Assembly: GCA_048772705.1 (NCBI GenBank)
Contig: JBLWGC010000177.1
Coordinates: 1-64,000 of the forward strand
From: Leidyana gryllorum EB-2025a
Lineage: Eukaryota; Protista; Apicomplexa
DNA length: 64,000 nucleotides
Reading direction: 5' to 3'
Position numbers and translations under genes: made by a program. The first letter of the stretch is position 1. Each line of letters starts with the position of its first letter. The notes beneath the pieces were generated by a model. The model was not told where the DNA came from. It made no database searches and was given only the letters and a program-made list of their open reading frames with translations. This document shows positions 50,856 to 62,769 of this stretch, piece by piece.

Positions 50856-52607
50856 ATGGCAGTTGGCAACAACAAGTGTTGGAATTTGGAGAGTTTCCCA
50901 ACAGTGTTTCTCTCTCAAATTCTACGGTACCTGAGGCTTCCGGATTTGATGGTATTGGGAATTATGTTTCCATCGATTCTGGATCGATACGAGATACACG
51001 ACATTGTGATTGACACACACGACAGCGATTTGTTGTGGGACTATCCGATATTTGAGCAGTGGATGGAGGCCGCTGCAACAACGGTTCGAAGTGTGACCAT
51101 CCAAACGAAGAGTGAAGCCCCTGATGTATTCCAAGAAGAAATATTCTTGCGAGTTCTGCGTCCTCAGCTGCCTCAATTGCGCAAATTAACTTTGATAGGG
51201 AAAGTGGACTGGAATCTGATACGATCTAATTGGAGTTTCCCGAGACTGGAAGAGTTGGTGATTATGCGGGACACCTATCCTTGGCAAGAGTGCATCAAAA
51301 TCGATGCCCCCCTCCTCCATACTCTCGTCTGTCCGAGTCAGCATATCGCGGTGATAAGCACTCCCCTCCTGGATCAAATTCGATCTGAGATCCCCGTCTC
51401 GGATCTCAAGTGGCGCTTGGGACTGCTGGTTATCGCGAACAACACGTGGCATTGGGTGGATCGCGGCCTCGACTTGATCACTGCGAAGCCGAGACTGCCC
51501 CCTCACCGTATACTCCGCAACCCCTTACCGCTGATACGAGACTTTACGGACGAAAAGGTGTGGCCCACGGATCCGAGTGTTGTCGCGAAAGTACTCGAAC
51601 ACGTTCGCGAAAGTACTGATAAAATGCGTTGCCTTTTCCCACCAACAGTACGTGAAGCTCTGTGGCAATCACTGGTCACAATGCAAATCAAAAGTGATGC
51701 AAAACCTCTCGGCTGGTGCAAACTGCGTGACACTGGAAGTCTGGATCTCGCACCACACTGGCTCTCTCTTCTGCCCATCCGAGACACCCGCCAACGGAAC
51801 CGCCCGGGCGATCTCTCTGGACCACCCAGAGCGTTTCAGGACTACCGGGTTCCGCTACGTACTGTGAAACATCTGATACTGGACGATAGCCGAATCGAGG
51901 CCCGGGACACCAGCATTGAGCGAATGGTCAATCTTCAACGTGTCGAATTGGATATGGCCTCCATCAAAACCCTCTCCGCCGCCTTCCCCACACACGACTT
52001 GCTGCCATTCCCTCGCGGTTGCATGGTGATTTGCAGAGTTAACAAGTTGGAAAGCTTTTCTGCTGGGGATATCCGCACCTATGACTGGCTGTTCCACGGT
52101 CGGGTCACCCATCTCGCCCTCGGAGAGCCCTTAACGTCCCTTCGCGATGTTCTCCTAATCTTCAAAGGCCTCTGCCTCCTTAGACGCAGCACAGGCCACA
52201 CTATCCGACTGTGTGTGGCGACCGTCGGTTGTTTCCCGTTCCCCTACACCAAAGTGCTGCTTGAACTGGTCTCTGGAACCTTCTCAGAGCGGACCCTGGG
52301 GCTCGTGCACCAACTGCTGCGAGACGGGCCGGATGAAATAGATCCTGATCGAAATGTGGGGTCTCTTTGGCCCGAAGAGAGGAGACATATGCAGGATTGG
52401 TACCTCAAGATGTTAGCCTACACCGACCACAGAGGCTTCCCTTCCCGCCACACAGACTTTCCCCCCTTCACCATAGGCCATTGCCCCCTACAGTGTGATT
52501 GGTACGTGAAGAATCTCGAAAATGGATACTTTGACGAGCTCAACCAGTGGGCCATACAACCAATCCTCCCAGCGGTCCTTCCCGACCGCTGCTCCACCAA
52601 CAAATAA
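50856..52607 (+). CDS. F-box/LRR-like family paralog 5 (intronless, 583 aa)
   Basis: A single ORF carries both halves: FPTVFLSQILRYLRLPDL, IDAPLLHTL, WPTD, APHWLSLLP, LQRVEL, FPFPYTKVLLELVSG, DWY, IGHCPL, LNQWAI. Confidence 0.85.
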   Translation: MAVGNNKCWNLESFPTVFLSQILRYLRLPDLMVLGIMFPSILDRYEIHDIVIDTHDSDLLWDYPIFEQWMEAAATTVRSVTIQTKSEAPDVFQEEIFLRVLRPQLPQLRKLTLIGKVDWNLIRSNWSFPRLEELVIMRDTYPWQECIKIDAPLLHTLVCPSQHIAVISTPLLDQIRSEIPVSDLKWRLGLLVIANNTWHWVDRGLDLITAKPRLPPHRILRNPLPLIRDFTDEKVWPTDPSVVAKVLEHVRESTDKMRCLFPPTVREALWQSLVTMQIKSDAKPLGWCKLRDTGSLDLAPHWLSLLPIRDTRQRNRPGDLSGPPRAFQDYRVPLRTVKHLILDDSRIEARDTSIERMVNLQRVELDMASIKTLSAAFPTHDLLPFPRGCMVICRVNKLESFSAGDIRTYDWLFHGRVTHLALGEPLTSLRDVLLIFKGLCLLRRSTGHTIRLCVATVGCFPFPYTKVLLELVSGTFSERTLGLVHQLLRDGPDEIDPDRNVGSLWPEERRHMQDWYLKMLAYTDHRGFPSRHTDFPPFTIGHCPLQCDWYVKNLENGYFDELNQWAIQPILPAVLPDRCSTNK

Positions 52608-52869
52608 TCAAATCTGAAAAGAAAGAGAAACATTCCGTCAACGGTAATAATGACAATCATACGAGCTGATCATCTGTAAACTCAATTATCGTTAAAGACG
52701 ATCATTGAGTGTGAGTCTCTAAAAAGAAACACTCGTTTGCGGAGCGGATAACCGCTGGTAAGAACGCAACGGTCTGCTGCTGTCTTTTGGGGCCGAGCGG
52801 AGACTCAGAGAGAATGCCACGGAGGCTCTGTTAAGGTCCCTCTGTCGTCTCTCGACTCTTTCTGCCATC

Positions 52870-55800
52870 TTACAGTCCACTGGCGAAGAGTCCCTTGAGC
52901 GACCGATACGGCATCCCGAGCGAATATCCGCCCCCAACAGACTGATTGAGAGCGTCGAGACGCTTCTCCATTGCTTTCTGAAGTTGATGGATGAGTTAAT
53001 TGAATTATCACTAAGCAGTCGCCACCACCAGATCTGGGACCAAAGCACTTTCTGCCGATTTCCGGATGCGACGGTGTGTATGTGACAGTTCTTCCTCCTG
53101 AGGTTCGGCCTTTGACTGTTCTTTTCTGTGTTCGATCGCTTCCCGTTCTCTCTCACTGACCGGTTCCCCACTGACTGCCTCTGGTTCCTTCTCACTGACA
53201 GGTACTGGTTCCTTCCCACTCTCCCTCTCCCGCTCGTCGTCCGGTTTATCGTGAGTTTTGGAGGATTGTATCTTTTCTCTCTCGATCTGCTCGAGTTCCT
53301 CCTCTTCGGCCATTGACTGCTCGACGATCTCGTCGAAAGAGACGACCTTCATTAGTGGTTGTCCTGCAAAGTTCTTGGGAAGGGAGATGAAGTCCCGGCC
53401 GCGGGCCGGTCCTTTGGTGGTGGCCAATATTTTGCCCGAGTTGAAGGCTTTCTCCAAGAGGTCGGCGAAATCGACAAAGTCTTGGCGCGATGTTTGAAGC
53501 AGCCGCTGTCTCCGGTCAGTAACCATTTGGGCGGTTCGGCCATACAACCAGCGATATTTGGCCTTCCCGGCTTTGGTGACATTTGCCGTGGGATGATGAG
53601 CCTTGGAGAGCTGCTTGAGGACCTCTTCGTGAATGTCCTGGTCCGATACGGTCTCGGCGAGTCTCCTAGCGGCCTCTACGCTATCCATGAAGGCCGAATA
53701 GGACTTTTCGAGTTGAGGGTCGTTCCAAGACTGGAAGATCAATTTGCCGAGATCCTGAGACAGCGAGAGGCTCGCTCCATAGGCGCCAGTTTGTCGGAAA
53801 TGTTTGTGAATATATTCTGAGAATTTCGTCGATCATCCAGTCAGTCAGTCAGTTAGTCAGTCTTACCGCTGTGGAGGAATTTGGCGGGTATCTCCTCTCC
53901 GTGATTGATGGGAGAGTGGGGTTCTTTGTATTGTACCAACATTCGGTTCATATAGTTGTCTGTGGGTACATCGATGAAGAGACTTTCACCCTTCATTTCC
54001 GTCCTGAGTCTCGGTCTCAAGAGTTCGGCCACCGTACATTGGCGCTGGATTCTTCCCTTCTTGTTGAAACTCATATCGATGGGATCGACTCGAGACGGAG
54101 TTCTGGCGATGATGGGATCGAGGATATGTTTTTGAACCGCTTCAACAGCGTCTTTGACAGCCCAGTCGTCTGCAGTAATGTCCACAGTGTACCGTCGGTA
54201 GTCAAAGGTTTTGCGTGTAGATTCTTTGATCTCTTCGCAAAGATTCGGCCAATCAGTTTGAATCCGCTTGAGCAAGTTTTGGAGATATACGAGCCCCGGA
54301 ATACCCTCTGTCTCCTCCGCATACAATAGGGACAAACTCAAATGAGCCGTGACGGCTGCCAGAGCCTTATTGGCCGTTGATCGCACTCCGGTTTCCTCAA
54401 ATGACAGAATGGCATCGGAGATTTCCTTCTCAGCGACAAACTGGCCATATGCGCAGTAATCGTGGACCTCAAAGGCCAATTTCCAGACAATGTCCAAACA
54501 CTCTGCGAGTTCTTCGTGTCGGCACTGATCGATTGAAGAGAGTGAGAGAGAGTTACTCAAGAGTCTGTCACTTACCGCAACAGTCACCTCTCGTCCCAAA
54601 TCCAGCCGTCCAGGATCATCGACCGTCAGTCCATCAGTGTAGTCCGCCTCTTCGAATGAGTCAGTGAGGCCGCCAGTGTAATTGGTGATGATCAATCGTC
54701 GCTGGAGGGCGGTGAGCTCCGGGGTGTCGGCGCGGGAGGCCAAGACGCGCTGGAACCACAATTGATGAGTGTCGAGTAGTTCGAGATCGTTGGCATCGAA
54801 GCGAACGGCAATGTGAACCGTCTTGTTGCTCCCAATGGGGTGTGTTACTATCGGGATTTTATGGTACTCGAGAACTTCGATGGGATATTCCGGTTCGGTA
54901 ATGTTTATGGCGTCCAAAGTGATAGCCGAAGGCAAAGCAGCTTTGGTTTCGTCGGATTCGGTGTGGAGGTCGAATTCTCTCATCCGTCGCGTTGTCTCAG
55001 CTACCTCAGATATCTCTTCCGGACTCATCTCGGCCTTTCGCTCCGCCAACCACTGTTTCTCCTTTTCGAGTCTGTCGTGATCTGCATCTCTGACGGAGTG
55101 GTAGAGGACAGTGAGTCTGTCTTTGTTGTTGATCAGATATCTGCGGCGAGACGATAAATAATGAGATTCATTCGGAGACAACGTACTTTTCGATCACACT
55201 TTCGAGATACCGTGGGTTCTCGGCAATGCGAGCCGTTAGGCAGTTGTAATCCTGTTGCGGACTCGCGGCGTGGGTGATGGGCAAACCGGCGACCCAATTG
55301 TTCTGAATGATCTCGCGAACATCCGAGGCCAACCAGTCTTGCGTTGGGCCGCGCATTCGCCCATTGAACTCGAATTGGCGAATGTGAGCGGCCACGAGGT
55401 CGGTCTCGAGTCCCCGTTCGACAACGTTTTTGAGTGCCGAGAAATAGAGGGCCTCGACTCTCTTTTTGTATTCGCAGGGATCTTCGGGATCTTCGGGATC
55501 GTCAGTGGCTGCCTCGTCGCATTGCGGGATTTGACCGAGGGTGAAATCGAAAGTCATTACCCGACTCCATATCGATGCTCCACCGATTTTGATATCTTTG
55601 CCCATGTCGGCCGCTTCCAATTCTTTGTAGAAAGCCGCTGCCGGATTCCTCAACAGTGTCGCAATCATTTGTAACGCCAGTGCTGTGCACGTGCAGAAAT
55701 CTCGTATGTCTCCGATATACATTTCAATGTTGACAGAGTCCATTGGTATCGGTGATCTCGAGGAGATATTGACGTTGGCTAAGTGTATCGACTCTGCCGA

Positions 55801-56773
55801 GCGCACGTACGGGTCCGGAGTTATCAGATGCTCGGCGTCTGCAAGGAGACGGCGATGATCGGCTGTTTGCTTCTGACCGAACATCAGCTGCTCGTCCACC
55901 GTATCCAATATCTCTTTCATACCGGCCTTTTTGCCAAAGAGGTAAATCAAAGCATTGGCCGGCTGATAGAACGTTCTCAGAAACTTGACAGTGTCTTCCC
56001 AAGTCAAAGTCACCAAGTCCGACAATCGGCCCCCCGAAGTGTACTCGTTGGGCGTTCCTTTGTACAGAGTCTGCTGCATCAGTCTCATGACCTCAGCCTG
56101 GCCTCCAGATTCTTTCTGTCTCATCTCGTTGTAAACGACACCCGAGAGGGTCAAAGGGGAGTCTTCGTCTTCCAACTCATACCGCCATCCGTCATGTTTG
56201 AATAGCTCGGGCTCACGGAGGAAATTGGAATCAAAGATTGCATCAAATAGAAATCTCGCCCACAAAAGTGTCGACTGCACGCACACACTCAATTACATCG
56301 AACACAACTCGACGTACGCACCTTTGGGTCTAATGTGGTCGCGTAATACCACGTGTGTGTCCGAGCAGTCGCGGCGTTGGCCGACACTGTGGTGGCCACT
56401 CTCCCGAGCCGTTCCATATTGAATTTCCCCGGGAACTTCCGAGACCCCATCAGCAGAGAGTGCTCCAACACATGAGCCGCACCTGTTGCCACACATTCCA
56501 ACTTGACGACGACGACGACGACGGCGACTTTTTACCTTTGTGATTCTGCGCCAAAGTCTTGAAGAGTATAGATATGGAACTCTCAGCAGTCTCAAACTGC
56601 GGAATTGCCCATACAACTCTGGCCCCCGTAGCTTTATGCTGCAGCTCTGCCAGGTGTATGTCTTCTCTCAGAAAATGGGTATTGAGCCATTCGAATTCGG
56701 CACTCGCGCCCACTTCTTCTACCACCGACGATCGGGCCACCCCCAATAGGCCCCACAGCAATCCAAACTTCAT
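52870..56773 (-). CDS. Secreted M16C (PreP/falcilysin-like) zinc metallopeptidase; multi-exon
   Basis: Signal-like MKFGLLWGLLGVARS, LQHKATGARVVW, inverted zinc motif HVLEH, GSRKFP, ANAAT, HDGWRYE, SGVVYNEM, SGG, FYQPANA. The last exon is inferred to end GLFASGL-TAA at 52870. Confidence 0.88.
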
Positions 56774-57070
56774 CTTGGCACCTCGTGTGTCCCGACGCAC
56801 CCGCCAACGCACCCACAGTGGCAACCCTTTGGACGTCTCTCATCTGAGTCTCAGGGCGGGAAGAGAGCGCGGACACTCCGCGCCCCCTCGGCCGCAACAA
56901 CTTTTCTCCCACCGACAGATAGCCACAGCCATTGGAGTCTTCTTTCAGTCCAAAATAGGCGTCCACAGCCCAAAAGTCGGGGTCTACAGCTGGGTGGGGT
57001 TTACAGTGTTACCACTCTGGACCACTGTAATTTGACCCCAAAACCAGGTGGATTTAAAAAGTGGAGCAGT

Positions 57071-59170
57071 ATGTTCTTGCAGCCGTGGAGAGGCGGTCTT
57101 TTCCATTGCCCTCGTCCACAGTTGACTCCTCGACTGTGGGCTCAAGTGTTGCGATGGTTATACTTGTGGGAGCTGCCACGTCTGCAACGGGTCTCGAGAA
57201 CAATGAGATGTTGTTTGACTGATTATATAACGTCGACTCGAATTCACATCGATAGAGACTGCTGGCAAGAGTTGAAACGATGGGGTGGCAGGCCGGCGTG
57301 GCTCCAACGGTCTGCGCCCGTTGTGCACACCTTAGTGTTGAGGGGTGATGCGAGTATGAGTGACAAATTGTGGCTATTACTGTATGATTTATGTGCTTTC
57401 GGGATGCCTCAGTTGCAGAAATGTATATTAAGTCTGCACCTCCCGGATAAGCGGTGTGGAGTGAGGACGATCGAATGCAAGTTGCCGGCGTTAAAGTACC
57501 TCAATTTGGCCGGGAGCGACTTGACTCCCATCCGGTCTGCCCGATTGAAGCTCGACGCCAAAGCGCTCGAGACTTTAGTATTGACTGTTGATTCATTGAT
57601 TCATGTAGAGACGCAATTATTGGATGAGATTGCGTCGAAACTTAAGAGAGAGACAAAGGAAGAGACTATTGAACAGATCATTATCATAAATCGGGACTTT
57701 GATCACGGCTATCTACTCTTCTGGCCCCAGGCTCCCCCCTACCCGCTGACTCGGCGGTATCACAATATCACTCACTTTTGGGAGGAAGTCGGAGGAGTCT
57801 ATGCCTTAGTTCAGTTACCGAAGGCCTACAAGAAATGGGCCGGCGAATTGAGTCAGAGACGCACCAAGAAGAAGAAAAAGTCGCGGCTCCCAGGCAAAGA
57901 GCTGTGGCCTCTCAGTCGATCGTGAGTTGTGTATCTTTCCTCAACAGCCAATTCCCCCTCGCCGCACAGGAAAGTGGAAGAATTGCTGTTACGGAGTCTC
58001 TCCAAATCGAGAGAAGTTCTGGACACTTATCACTCGACCATTATAGATGCCATCTGGGACTCTTTTCCCCGCGAGGAGATGTGTGTTCGGGAGGAGATGC
58101 CTCTGCCGGGCTGGGACGAGATTGCTAAGACTCGAGACTTTCGCTTCGTCCCAGACTGGGTGGACGTCTTACCACTGTGCTACGATACGCCGCCTCGCAA
58201 CGTCCACGACGAGAGTATAGAATGGTTCTTGGGGTACGTGGATCCCGCCATGCAGAACAACTTCAAGTTCATCAAATATGTTATTGGACACATAGATCGT
58301 AATAATCCAGCGGTTGTCCTGCCGAATTGGCCCGCTTATACACATCTGCGTCGAGTCGAATTCAGCTCTGAGTCGTGGCTGCTCTTGTCGCAACAGATGG
58401 TCGATTATCCGTGGCCGAGAAAGTGTGTGACTGTCTGGAAGGGCCACTGTAGGGATTTGCCCAAGTCACCTCGCACTGCGGCCGACTGGATGCGTATCGT
58501 TAACCGATGTGGAATTCAATATGCCATTGCGGCAGAGTACATTGAAGACGCCAGTGTAGTATTTTGGACCTACATTGCAGCTCACACACTCAAGATCCGC
58601 ACAGGGAAAAGCGTTCGTGTTAGCTGCCAAGCTGTGGGTTACTTCCCCTTTCCGTGGTCCCTTCTGCAATTGGAGCTGGCGTCCGGTACCTACTCGACCA
58701 ACACTTTGTTCGCTCTGTTCCATTACATTGACAGTCGGATTGGAGACGACTATTTGCGGTGGCAGGGCAAGGACTGGGAAGGGTATTGGAATTATATATT
58801 CCCCCCGCGTATATTGACTGCGTGTGATCTGAAGGTGCGACGAGTCGGGGGGCTCGTCGGCACTGCGAAGCGCGAGTTTTATCGGTGGTACCGAGACATG
58901 CTGGACGCAACGCCGAGCAAGTGTTGGCCGATGGACGATTTCGACGACCGTTGTTGCATTGGGCGTTTCTGTACCTTCTCTGATTGGTTTGTTCGCCATT
59001 TCAAAGCGTTGCGGTTGGAGGATCTGCGTAAGTGGGACATCCCCGTCCGACTTCCAACAATGCTCCCCACTGAGGAGCAACTGTCCTCTCCCCAGAGCCC
59101 CCCCAAAACAGTAGCAGATCCATATGATGCTCATGAGTTGTGCTTGAACTCTCAGTTCGGCTATCTATAA
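57071..59170 (+). CDS. F-box/LRR-like family paralog 6 (2 exons, ~683 aa)
   Basis: LWAQVLRWLYLWELPRLQRVSRTMR, WLQRSAPVV, FGMPQL, LPALKYL, VPDWVDVLP, WPRKC, VFWTY, YFPFPWSLLQLELASG, FYRWY. Intron 57922-57969 (48 nt, phase 2). Confidence 0.85.
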
Positions 59171-59266
59171 GACATTCATTTCGCTGCGCTGAAACAAACA
59201 AAATCATCTCCCGCGAAAAGAGTGTGCGACTTTCCACAGTACCACGACCACAACAAACATTTGACA

Positions 59267-61249
59267 ATGACCACAAACATTTATGTGTGGAGACAGATAT
59301 TGCCTTACTTCCACTTTACAGAATTCGCAAAGCTTAGCACTGTCAACGTATTCTTTCGAGATTACTTGCTGCGAGAAAGCGTTTCCAAAGACATTTTGGT
59401 CAATGAGGACATTTGGGAAATCATTAGAGACTGGAGAGGGCTGCAGAGGTGGGTGGAGCGGTCAGCGGCGGTGGTCGAACGGCTATACATCTCGGGTTCC
59501 CCCGCGAGAGCTGCAGAGCTGATGGACCTGATCGCTACGTTCATGAAACACCCTTTTCCTCGAATGCGCATATGTTCTCTCAAGGTACACACTTGGGACC
59601 TTCTGCAAGACGATTGGCGACCAAAGCCGTTGCGCATCTCGGCTCCCGAGTTGCGCATCCTGGACATCACTGAATTGCACACCTGTACTTGGAACGAGTA
59701 CCACACACTGGGAACCAAGCAACATACCGTACAGCTGAGAGTTGATGCTCCAAAACTCGAGTCTCTCATCTGCACCGCGAGAGGATTTCGGTCCATCGTC
59801 ACGCAACTCACTGATGTGGAGTTGAAGGACAAAGTGAACTTCCATTGGGCCGGTGGAACGCCCATACAAGTCATAATCAGCCGAAATCTTCCACACGGAC
59901 ACTGCCTGACGACCCAACACCGCCGTGCCCTTCCGCCAACGGAAGGTCTTGTCTTACTGACACAGGAGATACCGGGGGACCTTCGAGCGCGTCTTATGGA
60001 CATTCAAGAGCGGGACAACTTGATGAACACAACGTGGCCGTCAACACCAGCGTAAGTCGTCAAGTCTTTGTCGTCCCCGACATCATTTGATTGTAGAGAA
60101 ATAAAGGACTTACGACAGATTTTCGCCGAGACCGTTGCTGAGAATGCCGAGAAATACTCTCCGGAGATCGTCGAGGCATTGGCGATGATGGTTCCAAGGG
60201 TCCCCATAACAGTCGAGATTGACGACACCACAGAGACGGCTTGGCATAAGCTGGCGCGCACATGTTATATAGATAGCCTCCCCCCCTGGGTCGAAGTGCT
60301 GCCGGTGCGTCAAGGGGGAATGCCGTCGAACGAAGAGGACATCCCGATTGTGAACAGGTCCGATACATTCACGTGGAAACGTGACAGCTTCAAGATGGTA
60401 TTCTGGCCCCGAGGGATCCATTACATATGCTCGGCCGATGTCACGTTTGACGGCGCCAATCAGTTTGCTCTCGTGCAGTCCAAATTCGTCAATCTCAAAG
60501 CCATCCAGCTCGATTATCAAATGTGGCGACAACTCAAGACCCGTCTCGGCTCGATTACATGGCCAAAAAACTGTCTGGTGGTAGCCCGCGTTGACGACAC
60601 TGTGCTGCCAACCACCCACGAGTTGGCTGTCGAGCTCAGCAACCTTGTCGACCTGTGCAAAATTGATCGCCTTAACATCGTCGGTGTCATCAAGAACTGC
60701 AATACGATATTCTGGACATATATCGCAGCACATCTCGTGCGCAAGCGGTCTGGGCGATCAATACACATTACTCTCCAAGTCACAAGTTGTTACCCAAAAA
60801 TCCATCGCCAAATGCTCTTGGAGTTGACTCAAGGCTCCCTCCAAGCTGCGACGCTGGAAGCTGCCTGCCGACAACTCGGGGCTATCGAGATTTCACACTG
60901 GATCACCAAAGATCAGCACCTCACCTCCACTGACTGGTCTGAGGCCGCTCTGACTGTCAAATGTAGAATGTCCCGATCTGTGGGGGTCTGTTGGACTACC
61001 GGGCGTCTGAGACTCGACTTTCATAATTGGTACATAAAGATGATCCATTCAACACGAAGAGATTTCTATGTTCGTGAACTCGATCTAGTCTTCTCCGCCT
61101 GGCACCAAGAAGTAGGTTGGAGCGATTGCGTGATCGGGGATATGCCCTTGAATAGCGAGTGGTTTTTGACGCAGTTCTGGTCGCCAGATAGCAATCTCGA
61201 CTCTCTTAGGCAATGGTGTATCCCTTTCACCCATCTACCCGCTTACTAA
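59267..61249 (+). CDS. F-box/LRR-like family paralog 7 (2 exons, ~645 aa)
   Basis: VWRQILPYFHFTEFAKLSTVN, WVERSAAVV, VDAPKLESL, LPPWVEVLP, WPKNC, IFWTY, LLELTQG, FHNWY, LRQWCIP. Intron 60052-60096 (45 nt, phase 2). Confidence 0.83.
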
Positions 61250-61617
61250 CCTATGATTTTTGGGTCACACCCACACGCGCGCACACACACACGCACAAAG
61301 TTACACTTTGCAAATTGCGTTTGTTGGATCGATGCTCAAGATCTTTTTTTCCCCTTCTCTCCCCTCCTTCTCCCGCTCCCCCCTCTCCAGACCGGCCCCC
61401 TAAGGGTGTCGCGCATCCGTCCAGGAGAACTCCCAACAGTCAGAGGAGCCCAGTTCTCACCCATAACGATCCTAAGGGAGCGAAAATTGGGCGCGCTGCC
61501 GCGTCATGTGTTCCATTTAACGCATCACTCTTCCCCCACAGACAGACGGGTGTTGAACAAACTTTCGCGTTCATTACTACACACACTCTTAAACCACTTA
61601 GGGCACAGCAAGGGAAG

Positions 61618-61657
61618 TAACCAGTTAGGAGTATCTCTAACCAGTTAGGAGTATTTC
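61618..61657. repeat. 20-nt intergenic tandem duplication
   Basis: TAACCAGTTAGGAGTATCTC / TAACCAGTTAGGAGTATTTC, followed by a degenerate third copy. Confidence 0.85.
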
Positions 61658-61927
61658 TACCCCAGTGGGAAGCTACAAAGACTCGAGGTGTCCCTTTCCA
61701 ACGGTTGATGCAGATGTCAATACGGCTGTTGCTCGGTGTCGCGGCTTTCTTACGGAACTGGTGAGCATCCAGACTGACAAGTGGTGGGAAGGTGCAGATT
61801 GACCGATCGACCGATTGACAGATGTTGTGTTGTCAGGCGGTTGATGGGGTGCGTTCCCTGTGCTTGTAGTGTGGCTGAGACAGGTAGAGCGCTGCTACAG
61901 AATGGTAGCACAGAATGGTAGGTACCC

Positions 61928-62679
61928 ATGCGTCACGTGCAGGCCGGACATGTCATGCGTCTCCATTACTGCGCCTCATTGATTACGGTGGTGTTCGGCT
62001 TCGGGCAGCCGGAGAGTCAATTCTATGTTCAGAATCCCTGGGCGGATCCAAATTATGTGCCAGTCATATCGTGGGGGCCGATTACCCATGTCAAAGCAAC
62101 TGACACGACCCATGGGGGCCCAAAATCACGTGACACATCGACGAGGCGCGCCGGGAGTACGCAGTTACTATCGGAGCCGTTTGCGAGAACGGAGGTGAAG
62201 GGTGCGAGTACGGAGACAGATGGCGCGAGACGGAGTCTCCGGAAACGTCTGGCGAACAGCATGAGTGGGCTGACGAGGAGTCTGAGTGCGCGGATGTCGC
62301 GCAAGAAGGACAGAGCTCCTTCCGAGAAGACTGTCAAGAGACACCGTACGGATGCCGGGGAAAAGCGAAGTGAGCGACTTGGGGGTGAGGCACGCAATTA
62401 ATGTGTTTTCGGTGCGCAGGGTTTACAAAGGACTTGAAGCCGGTGATTCTGGGAGGATCTAATGTTGAGCATCGGAGACCACTCGAGCCCGAGTACCGTT
62501 ATCCAGTGATATCGAGGGCTATGGCTCAGGACCAATTGAAATTGGGATCGCAGCCGGTGCGTCAGCCGTGGGAAGAAGACACAGAGGCTGACGTGGAGGC
62601 GTGGCTGAGGCGGATGAATATGATTGTGGCAGAGAGACGAAAGAGTTTCAGTCAGCTGGACGCGGAGTCATCGTCGTAA
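61928..62679 (+). CDS. Small putatively secreted basic protein (2 exons)
   Basis: Hydrophobic N-terminus (YCASLITVVFGFG). A phase-1 intron ending at 62419 (donor 62370 or 62385) joins ORFs 61928 and 62401. Confidence 0.55.
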
Positions 62680-62769
62680 TTGAATGAATGCATCATGTGC
62701 TGCGTATGAATGGTGATTTGGGCTCGCATGAGACTCACATGACACATATTCTGTGGCTCAATTCACACA

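Noticed and set aside
61618-61675. TTAGG-containing duplication as a telomeric or transposon end
   Set aside because: There are only two 20-nt copies, with no short-period array, inverted partner or transposase.
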